A stretch of DNA of 64,000 nucleotides, taken from a virus. Lineage: Duplodnaviria > Caudoviricetes. The notes beneath the pieces are model-generated. The model had not been told where the DNA came from. It did not search any database and saw only the letters and a program-made list of their open reading frames with translations. Of this stretch, positions 10,501-19,935 are shown piece by piece. The position numbers and the translations under genes are program-made. The stretch covers positions 1-64,000 of the IMG/VR virus record IMGVR_UViG_2845860650_000005; one strand, 5' to 3'. Numbering within the stretch: the first letter of the stretch is position 1; each line of letters starts with the position of its first letter.

Positions 10501-13500
10501 GCATAGGTGCAAATGGTAGAGGCGGATTTGGTAAATTTTTTAATGAAGCTATTGATAGCGCTAGGGCGATTGTTACCAAGCTAACGCCAATTTTTAATAC
10601 CGTTGTTACTTCACTAGAGACAACTTTTGGCAACGTCGTCAATTTTATCAGAAAAACCTTTGGCTCCATAGCAGGGGTAGTTGCAACAAACCTTGGCAAG
10701 ATGATCGGCAATATTTTGAAAGTTGATTTGAACTTCACCGAACTTCCTCCGGGATTGGTTGAGAACATCGATAGATTGTTTGGTGGAGTTTTTTCCAATT
10801 TATTTGGTAGAATTGGGCAAAATGCTAATCGAGCTTTCCTAGCTGGATTTTTTGGTGCTGGATTTGAGCGCGTATCCCCCGCTATCGATGCAATTGATAA
10901 ATCAGCTATCAGAATCTACAATACCCTTTCAACTCTCCCTAGTAAAATTGCTGCTCCGCTCAACACCATTGCTCAGTTTCCAGGTGCGATCGCTGGTTTT
11001 AATGAGCCACTGAAAGTATTCGGTTATTTACAAGATACAATTGCTGGATTTGCCAATGGTGTTTCTTCGGTAGTGGAGCGAGTTGCGTTTTTCAGTCAAG
11101 GGCTATCTTCGCTACAACAATTTGCCACAACTGGCCCCTTCAAAACTTTGATTGGGCAAAACATTGAATTGAGAGAACAGTTGCTTTCCACTCAATCATC
11201 TTTGGTTGCCACGTCTAAAATTTACAGTGGATTTACCGGACAACAAATAACAGACCCCAAAACCGCTATCCAATCACTAGAAGACCCAATCAAAACCGCA
11301 ATTGATAAACTCAGAATAGAGTCTTTGGATTTAGTCGGGGTCACAAGTAAAGATTTGGTTCCTTTGTATCAGCAAATTGCTGGCCAAATTACAGGCATTG
11401 GTGGAAAACTCACAGATGCCAAAGATTTATCGTTGGATTTTGCAGCCAGTTTAGGTACTTTACAAATTCCCCTATATCAATCGCGACAAGAAATCGGCTC
11501 CATATTATCTGGAACCATTGACCAAAATTCAGTTTTGGCTAAAAGCCTGAATATCAGTAACGAACAAGTCAATAACTGGAAATCTCAAGGGCGATTAGTT
11601 GAGGAGTTGCGAAAAAAACTGGCTCCCTTCCGAGCTGGTAATGCGTTGGCTGCGGCGTCTTTTTCGGGTGTGATAAGTAATATTCAAGAAGTTTTTGATG
11701 AAATTGGTAGAAGGGCAGGGGAAAGGTTACTCGACCCATTAATCGAGCAAGTTACTAGTGTTTATGACTATTTAAAAGCCAACCAAGAACAGTTTGTCAG
11801 TTACTTCGGATTAATTAGCGACCAGATATTACGAGTTGGTTTAGCAGTAGTAGACGCAGGTAAAACCGTCTTTTCTTCAATTAGTGGCTTGATTGCAGAA
11901 GCACCATTATATTTATTCAAATCCTTAGCTAATGCCGCAGAAGCATTAGCGGGAGCAATTCGATTTGTAGCAGAAGCTTTGGGGCCTACTATCCGTTTCA
12001 TGACGGAACTGGTAAAAGCAGCTGGCCCCTTGGGCGGCGTATTTTTGCAATCTTTTGTCACCGTCAAAGCTTTATCGGTAGGTGTGACAACATTAGGCGA
12101 TGTTTTTGGAACTTTAACGCAACTGGTTCCAGGGCTTGGCGAAGTGATGTTTGCTTTGGATTTAAGAACCAATGGCGTAGCAAACCAATTCATTAATTTA
12201 TCTAAAGTCCTTGGTACTGGTGGTGGTGGATTTTTGATTTTGGGTAAATACCTTAATGAAATACCGGGTGCGGCAGAGGCCGCGACGGTAGCTTTGGGGC
12301 CGTTGGGCGGACTACTCGTCGGATTTATTCCCACCGTTGCTAGTGTTGGCATTCAAGTTGCTGGTTTGATAACTTTATTTCCAGCAATAGGAGCATTTTT
12401 GAGCAATTTGCTTACCCTTACTCCAGCACTAATTACCGCGGCTGGTGCTTTCGTCTCCTCCAATATTTACCTTGCTCCTTTAGCGCCCCTATTCACCCAA
12501 GCTGCTAATGCGGTGGGATTATATGCCAATGCCACGGACAGAGTGCTGCTTGTTAACCAACAATTTGCGGCGGTTTTGAAGAACATTGGTACTGCGATCG
12601 CAGGACAGATACTCACTTTTGGTTTACTTGCTGGTGGTGCATATTTAGCGTTTCTGGCCTTCGATAAATTCGTGCTGCAAAACGAAACCGTTAAAGAGAT
12701 TCTTTATGGTGTTATCCAAGGCTTGGGTTCTTTAGCGGATATGGTGAAAATAGCTTTTGGCAATCCTTTTGCTGTTGCTACTGCCGCCGTAGTCGGACTA
12801 ACCGTGGCTATTAATCTAGGGTTGATTCCTTCAGTATCCAAATTGATTGCCACAACTTTAGCAGGGTGGGCAGTAAATTTAGCTGGAATTTTAGGAGGTT
12901 TGGCAACAACATTAAGTGCGCTGGGTTTTGTAGGGGTAGCTGCTTCTGCTTCTAGTGCTGCTGTTGGAGTCCGGGCATTGAGCATTGCCATGACCCAAGG
13001 TACTGTAGCATCTGCACAATTCTTGGCCACCAATGGCATCACCATCACTAGTTTATTTGGACTGACCGCGGCCACCGGGGGCGCGACTGTAGGACTTGCT
13101 ACCTTTGCCACTGCCCTTTATACTGCGATCGCACCTCTACTACTGCTTGCTGCCCCACTAATTGCCCTTGCTGCTGCAATTGGGCTAATTGGTATTGGTT
13201 TATATTCTCTGCAACTCAAAGACGCCAATGAAGCTACAGAAATCCTCGGCGATCGCACCGCTAAATTATCAGAACAAGCTATTAAAACCGCCCGCGACTT
13301 GAAAAAAGCATCAGATATTCAAGCAGACGCCGACAAACGCGGAGTTAGACTCAGCGATGAGCAGTACAAAGCTAATCAAAAATTAGTCGCCCAAGCTAAA
13401 AATCAAAAAGCAGATTTATCTGCTCAACTTGCCGATTTACAAGACCAATTAAAAAATGTGAGAGGAGAAGCTAATAAAGCTAATATTCAATCACAAATTG

Positions 13501-16500
13501 ACGAACTAAATGCCAGAATTAAATTAATTGATTCATTTGTTGGCAACATTAAAATTAAACCCAAAGACCTAGAACGTGTAGGTTCTGGCTACGAACAATT
13601 AGCCAAACAAGCCCAAGGTGCAGAAGAAGCAATCCTCAAGTCTTCTGGCGACTCTGCCATTTTCAAACAAAAAGCTGAGGAATTACTTGCTGCCACAGAA
13701 AAACAAGCCGAGGCAGGACAAATCAGTGCTGATGAAGCAATTCGCCGCTACAACTTAGTTGCTACAAATGCGTTCGCTTCCCAGGAACTTCAAGACAAAG
13801 CCCAACAGGCAATTACCGCAGCATTCAAACGTGAAAGCGATAAACGTATCGGCATTGTTCAAGCGCAACAAGCCGCTATATCTGCACAATTAGCTGTTGG
13901 TAAAGTTGAATATCAAGAAAATGCCAAAGCTATTTCAGACGCTCAAAATTCTCTATTAAAATCTCGTCTCGATGCTGAAAATGAAGCTCATCAAACTAAG
14001 CTCAAGCAAATTCAAAAAGAGTTTGACGACCAAACTTTTGTTAACAATGCACTCCTTAAACAAAAACAAGACGAAGCTACTAAATTATCTGCCCAAGGGC
14101 AAGATGCTTCTGCTCCATTAGCCGAAGCTGAGAAGCTAAAAGCTAAAATTATTCAAATCGAACAAGACAAAAATGCTGCGTTAAATTCAGAAAATACCAG
14201 AAATGCTAGAATTACTTCTGAATTGAGTTCTCAAATTGCCGAAAACGAAATATCGGCTAACTTGGTAGCTGCTGACTTGAGAATCAAAGTAAATAAAGGT
14301 ATTATATCCCAAGAATTAGCAGCAGAAAAACAATTAACTTTCGCTAAAAAAGTTGAACTAGAAACTCAACTACGTAATACCAACGACAACTATGCCGAAC
14401 GCCGTAAAATAATTGAGCGTGACTTTGCCAATACTACTAAATATTTAGAAGATGAAATAGCTAAAAAACAGTCTGAAGCAAGCAAAGCTCCTACGGATTC
14501 CCCAGCAGCTAAAGCAGCAGAGGCAGATATAGCAGCATTAAATACCAAGCTAGTCAACTCTAATAAAGCTAAAAATTCATCACTTTTATTACTAGAACAA
14601 AACCACAAAACCGAAGTTACAAAAATTAATGCAGACATCCAAAAAAACCAAGCAGAATCAGCAGATAGAGAAGCAGCTATTCAAATTAAGATTTTAGAAC
14701 GCAACCAAAAGAAAGCCCTAGATGCAGTGCAATTGGCTCAGAACGAGCGCTTAATTCAAATCCAACAATTAGAAAATAAAGGCTTGCTTGACCACACCGA
14801 AGTCGAAGAAAAGAAAACCCAAGCAAGTAAAGCAAATATTGATGCTCAACTTAACGAAGAGCGCCTTAGACTCAAAGCTCTCCAGGCTTTACCCAAACCT
14901 AAAAATCAAGAAAAGGCAGCAGATTTTGATGCTTCAATTCGTGCATCCCAACTAAAAATTCAAGATTTAGTTAAGCAGTCGTTATCTGCTGAATTATCAT
15001 TATATAAACAACATATTGAAGTTATCAAGGCCCAAATTAAAGATGAAGACAATATTAGAGAAACTCAATTAGAAAGCCAAGCAAGAAAAGGACTTGTAAC
15101 CCAAGCTCAGGTAAATGAGGAACTAGCAAGGCGTAAAGTATCTGCCTTAGAAAAAGAATATAATCTAGAGACTAGGGATGCTTCTAAGAGAATAGAGTTA
15201 GCCTTAGCTATTGAAAAAGCTAAAACTGCTTTATTAGATGCTGAAATTAGAACTCGCCAAGAAAAATTAGAAGTTGAAAACCAGAAACTCAAAAACCAAA
15301 TTGACGAGCAAAACCAATCAATCAAGCGTCAAGGTGACCTGTATCAAATCCTGACTAAAGCTATAGAACAGCGCAATAAACTACTAGAAATTAGTCGTGA
15401 TTTAGCCAAAGCTGGAACTGATTTTGTGCTTGGCGAACTAGAAGTATTAAATTCTGTAGAGCGCAGTGAATATCGCCGTAAACAGTTAGCAGAAGTCACC
15501 GCTAGCATCAAGTTACAATCTCTCCGTCAACAACAAGAATACGAGCGCCAAAGCCTACTCAACCAAATCGAACAAAATAAATTAGCTCTAGAACAAGAAG
15601 CCATCCAAAACCGTATAAATCAGGGACAAAAACTAGCAGATATAGCAGGGGTCAAGGCAGACATCGCGGTGCTAGAAGCTGACCCCAGAAACCAATCGGT
15701 GGCAGGACAAGCCAAAATCAAAGCTTTGCAAATCAAGTTGCAATCAGAACTTGATGCTCTAGGATTTCTGCAACTTGAGGGCGGATTGATTGGGCAAAAA
15801 TTTCAAGGGCAGCAAACCCAGGCTCAAGCCCAGCTGCAACAACTAGACCTCAAGCAAAACCTGGATACCTTAAAAGCCCGTGCCGAATTAGCTAACGCTC
15901 TACCTCCAGGTAAGCAACAACAAGCTCAAAGACAGCTACAGCAAGAAATTGCCCAATCTTTTGGACAACAAAATATCAGAGAATTTTACAACGCCGCGAT
16001 CGCTCAATCTAGGGGAATAGCTGCTAAGGAATTTCCCATATCTTCCACGCCAGATATTTTAGCTGCCATCAGTCCAGACCTTGGGGGAATTTTAGATATG
16101 GTGGGAGGACAAGCAGCAACGGCGGCTATTACCGATGTAAGTAGGACATTTGATAAGCAATATGGTAGTACCGCAAACATCACGGGTGCTTTGACCACTG
16201 GTATTGCTAAAACACCATTGCAGACACCTTTAGAAGTACAGCGATCGCAGTCTTTAAACCAACAAATTCTGCAACAGGCAAACCAACCAATTTCCCTCAC
16301 TTCAGGAGCATCTTTAAAGTTGCCTCCACCGAACGAACGAGGCGTGACCCTTTCTTTAGAAAGCTCTGGAAAGCTGTTTAAGGAAGGAGTTGATAAATTA
16401 GTTGATTATTTAAAACAACCGTTTAACAACAGTAATAATACTTACAATATCAAAATAGATGCTCCCGCACAAAATATTACTGCAACTGGTAACGGTAGTA

Positions 16501-16556
16501 CGTCAAGCTTGGAAAAAGTGCTTGACTACGCAAAACAGATGGCTGGGGCTTATTGA
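7581..16556 (+). CDS. Phage tail tape measure protein (2991 aa)
   Basis: N-terminal KVQVVIEAKD; long Ala/Gly/Leu/Ser amphipathic region; hydrophobic TM-like block at about 12000-13200; long Gln/Glu/Lys coiled coil; C-terminal NTYNIKIDAP. Confidence 0.85.
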   Translation: MAASSSNSNKVQVVIEAKDVATEVVKKTGISFNNLNKEATVLSKSLTGTGQALQFVINYADLTRVKLTDTSVAIIGLGVATTGALGSAVSKLIGLTSVVGKIKEGIQSPIGQTFIGQIQQSAENATKELAPLSTLLKEVSSVGAGIGAGFGQKLFNIDTRSISQQLNDGINLGVEQIADRISKPLKEALGISSKEVLQFVGKTFQSLDKQISRSIVDTTFGLAIGKGATQDIIKNIATNPAIAQYSPVFLKSLLSGSTAGAVDSLLLGISQQIKGTQFSPIADLLKKSGLGKQIELLANIKIDKLDEKQLAKIKIQQKVSQALGKEITPELRLDLDSVFNQLDAQIANFVIDQKIGQVLGKNVSTGLIKSILQNSAVKGVLSSSIQDLLNGSFSDALLKVTQRGISAPLGNLFNLANTSVENVAYNSGVRLANRLFDGLDPEIKKRNQRSREILGDTFDGVGAKFTAGLGLGTSNLPLLSSSRGGLLSGILNDQIKNLITSFVPVPGVVVDQLLDFDGIIQQLFKATGLKGQIPGLKQLDAILGKAVAASLGKAIDTQLPVLLAPLVDNAANYVTKRFKDAGSNAIASAATAFLPGYLKNVVKTSLLESGAAGFVFDALLENLKPANLKSNFAALDGVLGNLKTNVNAGLKLTDTLLRGFKSGVAGIPNILGNTQSLINSLVTSADVGLAGLKVDAIDFVLNFNYGIDQISANIVNTLLDASIALQSLRGTTVGDNIIDALQEGIQKAIQAVGFLQAKIKAIANASLGFTIGGIDNVRNFLQGFNNFSQNIIPNIKSGITSVFNTVNSGIAIANRNIQSLLISASRGIDSIKSAIPSIVAQIASSISSLRTSLGQGFTNIDTFLNSLQTSTSFGTTFATQIQFVRDRFTDLKLIADASLSFIQTKVASSSGLFIDFGNKLQGAIAAVSAFSSGTARNIQSGLSAGLRNTINAIDTVVPSAVRTLTGLINSALVGIGANGRGGFGKFFNEAIDSARAIVTKLTPIFNTVVTSLETTFGNVVNFIRKTFGSIAGVVATNLGKMIGNILKVDLNFTELPPGLVENIDRLFGGVFSNLFGRIGQNANRAFLAGFFGAGFERVSPAIDAIDKSAIRIYNTLSTLPSKIAAPLNTIAQFPGAIAGFNEPLKVFGYLQDTIAGFANGVSSVVERVAFFSQGLSSLQQFATTGPFKTLIGQNIELREQLLSTQSSLVATSKIYSGFTGQQITDPKTAIQSLEDPIKTAIDKLRIESLDLVGVTSKDLVPLYQQIAGQITGIGGKLTDAKDLSLDFAASLGTLQIPLYQSRQEIGSILSGTIDQNSVLAKSLNISNEQVNNWKSQGRLVEELRKKLAPFRAGNALAAASFSGVISNIQEVFDEIGRRAGERLLDPLIEQVTSVYDYLKANQEQFVSYFGLISDQILRVGLAVVDAGKTVFSSISGLIAEAPLYLFKSLANAAEALAGAIRFVAEALGPTIRFMTELVKAAGPLGGVFLQSFVTVKALSVGVTTLGDVFGTLTQLVPGLGEVMFALDLRTNGVANQFINLSKVLGTGGGGFLILGKYLNEIPGAAEAATVALGPLGGLLVGFIPTVASVGIQVAGLITLFPAIGAFLSNLLTLTPALITAAGAFVSSNIYLAPLAPLFTQAANAVGLYANATDRVLLVNQQFAAVLKNIGTAIAGQILTFGLLAGGAYLAFLAFDKFVLQNETVKEILYGVIQGLGSLADMVKIAFGNPFAVATAAVVGLTVAINLGLIPSVSKLIATTLAGWAVNLAGILGGLATTLSALGFVGVAASASSAAVGVRALSIAMTQGTVASAQFLATNGITITSLFGLTAATGGATVGLATFATALYTAIAPLLLLAAPLIALAAAIGLIGIGLYSLQLKDANEATEILGDRTAKLSEQAIKTARDLKKASDIQADADKRGVRLSDEQYKANQKLVAQAKNQKADLSAQLADLQDQLKNVRGEANKANIQSQIDELNARIKLIDSFVGNIKIKPKDLERVGSGYEQLAKQAQGAEEAILKSSGDSAIFKQKAEELLAATEKQAEAGQISADEAIRRYNLVATNAFASQELQDKAQQAITAAFKRESDKRIGIVQAQQAAISAQLAVGKVEYQENAKAISDAQNSLLKSRLDAENEAHQTKLKQIQKEFDDQTFVNNALLKQKQDEATKLSAQGQDASAPLAEAEKLKAKIIQIEQDKNAALNSENTRNARITSELSSQIAENEISANLVAADLRIKVNKGIISQELAAEKQLTFAKKVELETQLRNTNDNYAERRKIIERDFANTTKYLEDEIAKKQSEASKAPTDSPAAKAAEADIAALNTKLVNSNKAKNSSLLLLEQNHKTEVTKINADIQKNQAESADREAAIQIKILERNQKKALDAVQLAQNERLIQIQQLENKGLLDHTEVEEKKTQASKANIDAQLNEERLRLKALQALPKPKNQEKAADFDASIRASQLKIQDLVKQSLSAELSLYKQHIEVIKAQIKDEDNIRETQLESQARKGLVTQAQVNEELARRKVSALEKEYNLETRDASKRIELALAIEKAKTALLDAEIRTRQEKLEVENQKLKNQIDEQNQSIKRQGDLYQILTKAIEQRNKLLEISRDLAKAGTDFVLGELEVLNSVERSEYRRKQLAEVTASIKLQSLRQQQEYERQSLLNQIEQNKLALEQEAIQNRINQGQKLADIAGVKADIAVLEADPRNQSVAGQAKIKALQIKLQSELDALGFLQLEGGLIGQKFQGQQTQAQAQLQQLDLKQNLDTLKARAELANALPPGKQQQAQRQLQQEIAQSFGQQNIREFYNAAIAQSRGIAAKEFPISSTPDILAAISPDLGGILDMVGGQAATAAITDVSRTFDKQYGSTANITGALTTGIAKTPLQTPLEVQRSQSLNQQILQQANQPISLTSGASLKLPPPNERGVTLSLESSGKLFKEGVDKLVDYLKQPFNNSNNTYNIKIDAPAQNITATGNGSTSSLEKVLDYAKQMAGAY

Positions 16557-16900
16557 GAAGGGCAGGAGGCGGAAGGCAGAGGGCAGGAGGCAGAGGGCAG
16601 AAGTTCCTAGCTTTTTTGGGTAAGTTTAGTACTTACACCAATGCGATATGCACTACTCAGTAGATTAAACTGAAGTTAGCAAGAAAGGCAGAGGGCAGAA
16701 GGGAATTCTGATTCCTGCCCTCTGCTACGACCGTTCGCGCAGCGTTCCCGCAGGGTAGGGAGTAAGGGTTTAAGCTCCACACCAAAATTTTTAATTTGGT
16801 GTCTTGCAATCAGTGTAGGTCTGTTCGCGTAGCGTCTCGTAGAGAAGCCTACACTGATTGCAAACCTTCTGCCTTCTGCCTTCTGCCTTCTGCCTTCTTC
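16557..16900. repeat. STRR-bounded MITE-like dispersed repeat, copy 1, containing small dispersed repeats
   Basis: GGCAGA arrays on the left, TCTGCC arrays on the right, core GGGAGTAAGGGTTTAAG; GTTCGCGTAGCGTCTCGTAGAGA motif. Confidence 0.75.
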
Positions 16901-16919
16901 ACTTTTCCACTTATCAAAA

Positions 16920-17363
16920 ATGATTAAAACCTCAGTACTTATGTCTGTTATCGCTTGGAGCTTTTTTAGCTTTAGCGCTTGGGGACAACGTCCTCAAGAA
17001 AACAGATTTTTGGAAGTTGCTAACGGACAAAATGGAGATCGAGTCTACGTGCAACTTGATTCCATCAAAAAAAGGAATCGGTATGGTGAAAACAAAGTAT
17101 ATTTTTCTCAAATCACTTTATATGGGCAAATGCAGCTAAATAAATCAATTAAATCAAGTTCAAGTTATACAGCTGACTGCAACAATCAGACTTTGACCTT
17201 GCATAGATATGCTACATATGATGCCAGCAACAAGTTATTATTCAACGTTTATTATGGCACTCCTTCAACTCCCAATCCTCCTACACAGAAAGTAGCCACT
17301 GACACAGTTGGCTACGCATCTTGGCAATACGTTTGTAAACAGTCAAACGAAGGCAGAAGGTAG
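16920..17363 (+). CDS. Secreted protein, surface-adhesin-E-like domain (moron)
   Basis: Signal peptide MIKTSVLMSVIAWSFFSFSAWG; pattern YVQLDSIKK...ADCNNQ...WQYVC. Confidence 0.6.
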   Translation: MIKTSVLMSVIAWSFFSFSAWGQRPQENRFLEVANGQNGDRVYVQLDSIKKRNRYGENKVYFSQITLYGQMQLNKSIKSSSSYTADCNNQTLTLHRYATYDASNKLLFNVYYGTPSTPNPPTQKVATDTVGYASWQYVCKQSNEGRR

Positions 17364-17544
17364 GAGGTAGAAGGAGGAAAAGCCACCCACAAGGGGGAGC
17401 CACTGCGGTGGACGGGTTTCCCGGCATAAAGCAAGTGGCGTCGGGGCTTGAACTCAACAAGCAGTTTTCTTCCCTTCTGCCCTCTGCCCTCTGCCTTTCT
17501 TTAGTAAAAAAGTAACTGCTATAATTCTTGTGGGGGATATTATC

Positions 17545-17755
17545 AAGAAAGGCAGAGGGCAGGAGGCAGAAGTCAGAAGGAATACTGCCTCCTGCCCACT
17601 GAGAGCGACCATTCGCGCAGCGTCTCGTAGAGAAGGGAGTAAAGGTTTAAGACCCCCACTGAAACAAAGTTCAGTGGACTCAATTAAGGAGGGGACTGAA
17701 TCCCCCTTCTTAGTTGTCCCTTCTGCCCTCTGCCTTCTGCCTTCTGCCTTCTTCA
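17545..17755 (+). repeat. STRR-bounded MITE-like dispersed repeat, copy 2
   Basis: Core GGAATACTG...GGGAGTAAAGGTTTAAGACCCCCAC...GAATCCCCCTTCTTAGTTGTCCCTTCTGCC shared with 20505-20670 and 40828-41003. Confidence 0.8.
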
Positions 17756-17768
17756 ATAGCTAGTACTT

Positions 17769-18521
17769 ATGGGCAAAGTTTCTAAATTAAAAATTAGATT
17801 GGTATTTATATGTTTTAGAAATGCATATGAAAGCGGCCAATCTGTCAGCTATGAACAATTAGAATCAACAATCCCTGGAATTACATCTAATTATCGATAC
17901 CTGCTAGAAAGAATTTTTGAAAAGCTTCAAAAAGAGCATCAATACTTCTTTGACCTTAAATCTTCTTCTGCTGGTAAATTTTTTGTTCCGTCCCTGCATG
18001 ATTCCTATAAATTCGATTACGAAAAGTGTATAAAAAACCCATTAATTCTAATTGAAAACCTAGTACTTTTATTCAAGGAAGCTTACGAACAAAATAATTT
18101 TGTAACTAATAGAAAAATTAGAGCAGTATTACTCAACAAATCCAAAAATAAGAGAGGTCGGCATCGCTGCAATTACTTAGTTGAATCAGCTTTGAAAGAC
18201 GTTGAAGAAAAATTTGGCTATAAATTTGATTTTATAATTAACCGAGGCTACTACCCATTACGGGACGACTTTGCTTTCCCTAGTAATATTACTAAAACCA
18301 TTGAATTGAGTGTTGTTTTAAAAAAATCTTATGAAAGTAACAAATTTATTAGCCACACTGATTTGAACTCTGTTTTGCCTGATGCTGTGAATAAATATCA
18401 ATTAAGGCAAGCTTTGTCCGACTTAAAAAAGAACTATGGATACGAATTTATCCGTGATTTAAAGGGATATTACCCAGCGATACCGTCTGTTTTTTGCACG
18501 CACTTCGCATCTTCTTCATAG
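17769..18521 (+). CDS. Putative DNA-binding protein with three tandem winged-helix-like repeats
   Basis: Three units of about 80 aa, [AS]YE..[FS][VI][ST]...Y.F...GYYP; basic composition. Confidence 0.6.
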   Translation: MGKVSKLKIRLVFICFRNAYESGQSVSYEQLESTIPGITSNYRYLLERIFEKLQKEHQYFFDLKSSSAGKFFVPSLHDSYKFDYEKCIKNPLILIENLVLLFKEAYEQNNFVTNRKIRAVLLNKSKNKRGRHRCNYLVESALKDVEEKFGYKFDFIINRGYYPLRDDFAFPSNITKTIELSVVLKKSYESNKFISHTDLNSVLPDAVNKYQLRQALSDLKKNYGYEFIRDLKGYYPAIPSVFCTHFASSS

Positions 18522-19398
18522 CTTCTAATTCTATTTGCCTAATTCTTTCTCGACTTATGTGAATGGCATCAGAAATCTGCCTTAAAGTTAAGGGATTATC
18601 AGCATCCAATCCATATCTTAATGCAATGACCATCCTTTGTTTTTCTGATAAATTGTCGATTAAATTGGACACTTGTTCTTTGATGAACTCTTGTTCTACA
18701 TATTCTTCTATTGACAGTTGATTGCCTTCTAAAAGCTCTCCCAATTCATTTTCTTGGCTATCCCCGCATCGGGTATTTAAAGATATGGTGTGCTGATTTT
18801 GTAAAATTTCTAGATATCTTTTGACTTTAGAAGCATCTATTTTCAAAAACTCAGCAACTTCTTTAATGTTTGGGCTTCGTCCTAAAGACTGGCTTAATAC
18901 AGACCGCGCTTGCTTGAGTTTACTTAGTTTTTCATTTAGATTTATTGGCAGTCTAATTGTGCGCGCTTTTTCTGAAATAGCACGAGTAATTGCTTGTCTA
19001 ATCCACCAGTAAGCATAGGTAGAAAACTTGTAACCTTTACTAGGATCGAATTTTTCCACAGCTCTGCACAAGCCTAGTCCACCTTCTTGTATCAAATCCA
19101 AGAATTCCATGTTACGGTTCTGATATTTTTTTGCAACTAATACTACTAATCTTAAATTGGCATTTATCATCTGGTTTTTTGCCTTTTCTCCCGTACAGAT
19201 AATAGCTCGTACCTCATCGCTTGATAAATAGGTATCCCGCTCTAATTTGCACATCTGCTGGGCTTTTTCTTTGATATCCAGCATTTGCTGGACTTGTTTG
19301 CCCAGCATAATTTCTTGTTGGGGGGAAAGTAATGGATACTTTCCAATCTCTTTAAGATATGTGTTGATTGAATCGCCGCTAGGTGCTTTTTTAGCCAT
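18448..19398 (-). CDS. RNA polymerase sigma-70 factor, RpoD/SigA family (cyanobacterial group 2-like)
   Basis: DSINTYLKEIGKYPLL (region 1.2), ANLRLVV..AKKY, DLIQEG..GL.RAVEKFDP.KGYKFSTYAYWWIRQAI, SRERIRQIE. Confidence 0.95.
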   Translation of the reverse strand: MAKKAPSGDSINTYLKEIGKYPLLSPQQEIMLGKQVQQMLDIKEKAQQMCKLERDTYLSSDEVRAIICTGEKAKNQMINANLRLVVLVAKKYQNRNMEFLDLIQEGGLGLCRAVEKFDPSKGYKFSTYAYWWIRQAITRAISEKARTIRLPINLNEKLSKLKQARSVLSQSLGRSPNIKEVAEFLKIDASKVKRYLEILQNQHTISLNTRCGDSQENELGELLEGNQLSIEEYVEQEFIKEQVSNLIDNLSEKQRMVIALRYGLDADNPLTLRQISDAIHISRERIRQIELEAMKKMRSACKKQTVSLGNIPLNHG

Positions 19399-19399
19399 A

Positions 19400-19885
19400 T
19401 TACTCGTTTGAATTAAAAATCATGTCTACAAATTCATTTAAATCTTTAGGGCGAATCCTCCATCCCTTACCTATTTTTTTACCTTGCAATTTTCCAGATT
19501 TCAAATTCGATAAAATAAAATTTTTAGAGAACCCAGAAATTTGCGCTGCTTGCTTCACTCCAATTGTTAGTTGACTGCCGATGTGCATCAACTCAAAGTA
19601 CCTAGAAATTACTTCAACATGGGCTACACCTTCATGAAAATATTCAGATATGGCTTCAATATATTCAGGTGCGACACTGTGCGACAACTCGATGTCGCTC
19701 CCTGTCTTAACAATTGCTGGGTGATGGATAGGTTGGGCTTTTTCTTCCTTGTATCTTCTCAACTCTTCCTCTGAAAAATCCCGCTTACCATCAATTTTAG
19801 TAACCGCGATTTCGTTCCTTCTTACAGCTCGTTCAATAGTCTTGATTGAAACACCTAAGTATTGAGAAGCATAAAAGATATTCAT
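19400..19885 (-). CDS. Excisionase/MerR-like protein with two HTH_17-type domains
   Basis: ASQYLGVSIKTIERAV and VKQAAQISGFS...GKLQGKKIGKGWRI; stop lies 1 nt before the sigma start. Confidence 0.8.
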   Translation of the reverse strand: MNIFYASQYLGVSIKTIERAVRRNEIAVTKIDGKRDFSEEELRRYKEEKAQPIHHPAIVKTGSDIELSHSVAPEYIEAISEYFHEGVAHVEVISRYFELMHIGSQLTIGVKQAAQISGFSKNFILSNLKSGKLQGKKIGKGWRIRPKDLNEFVDMIFNSNE

Positions 19886-19930
19886 ACTGCGACACTATGC
19901 GACACCTTAATTGTCGCATAGTGTCGCAGT
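19886..19930. promoter_or_regulatory. Perfect 19-bp inverted repeat built from four TGCGACA boxes (putative operator)
   Basis: ACTGCGACACTATGCGACA-ccttaat-TGTCGCATAGTGTCGCAGT directly abutting the ATG at 19885. Confidence 0.75.
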
Positions 19931-19935
19931 TCCAA

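Noticed and set aside
10394-16300. Antisense ORFs inside the tape measure gene, and similar ones in the 1748-aa gene and tail genes
   Set aside because: Short, motif-free shadows of biased codon usage; unlike 29993-30916 they show no domain signature
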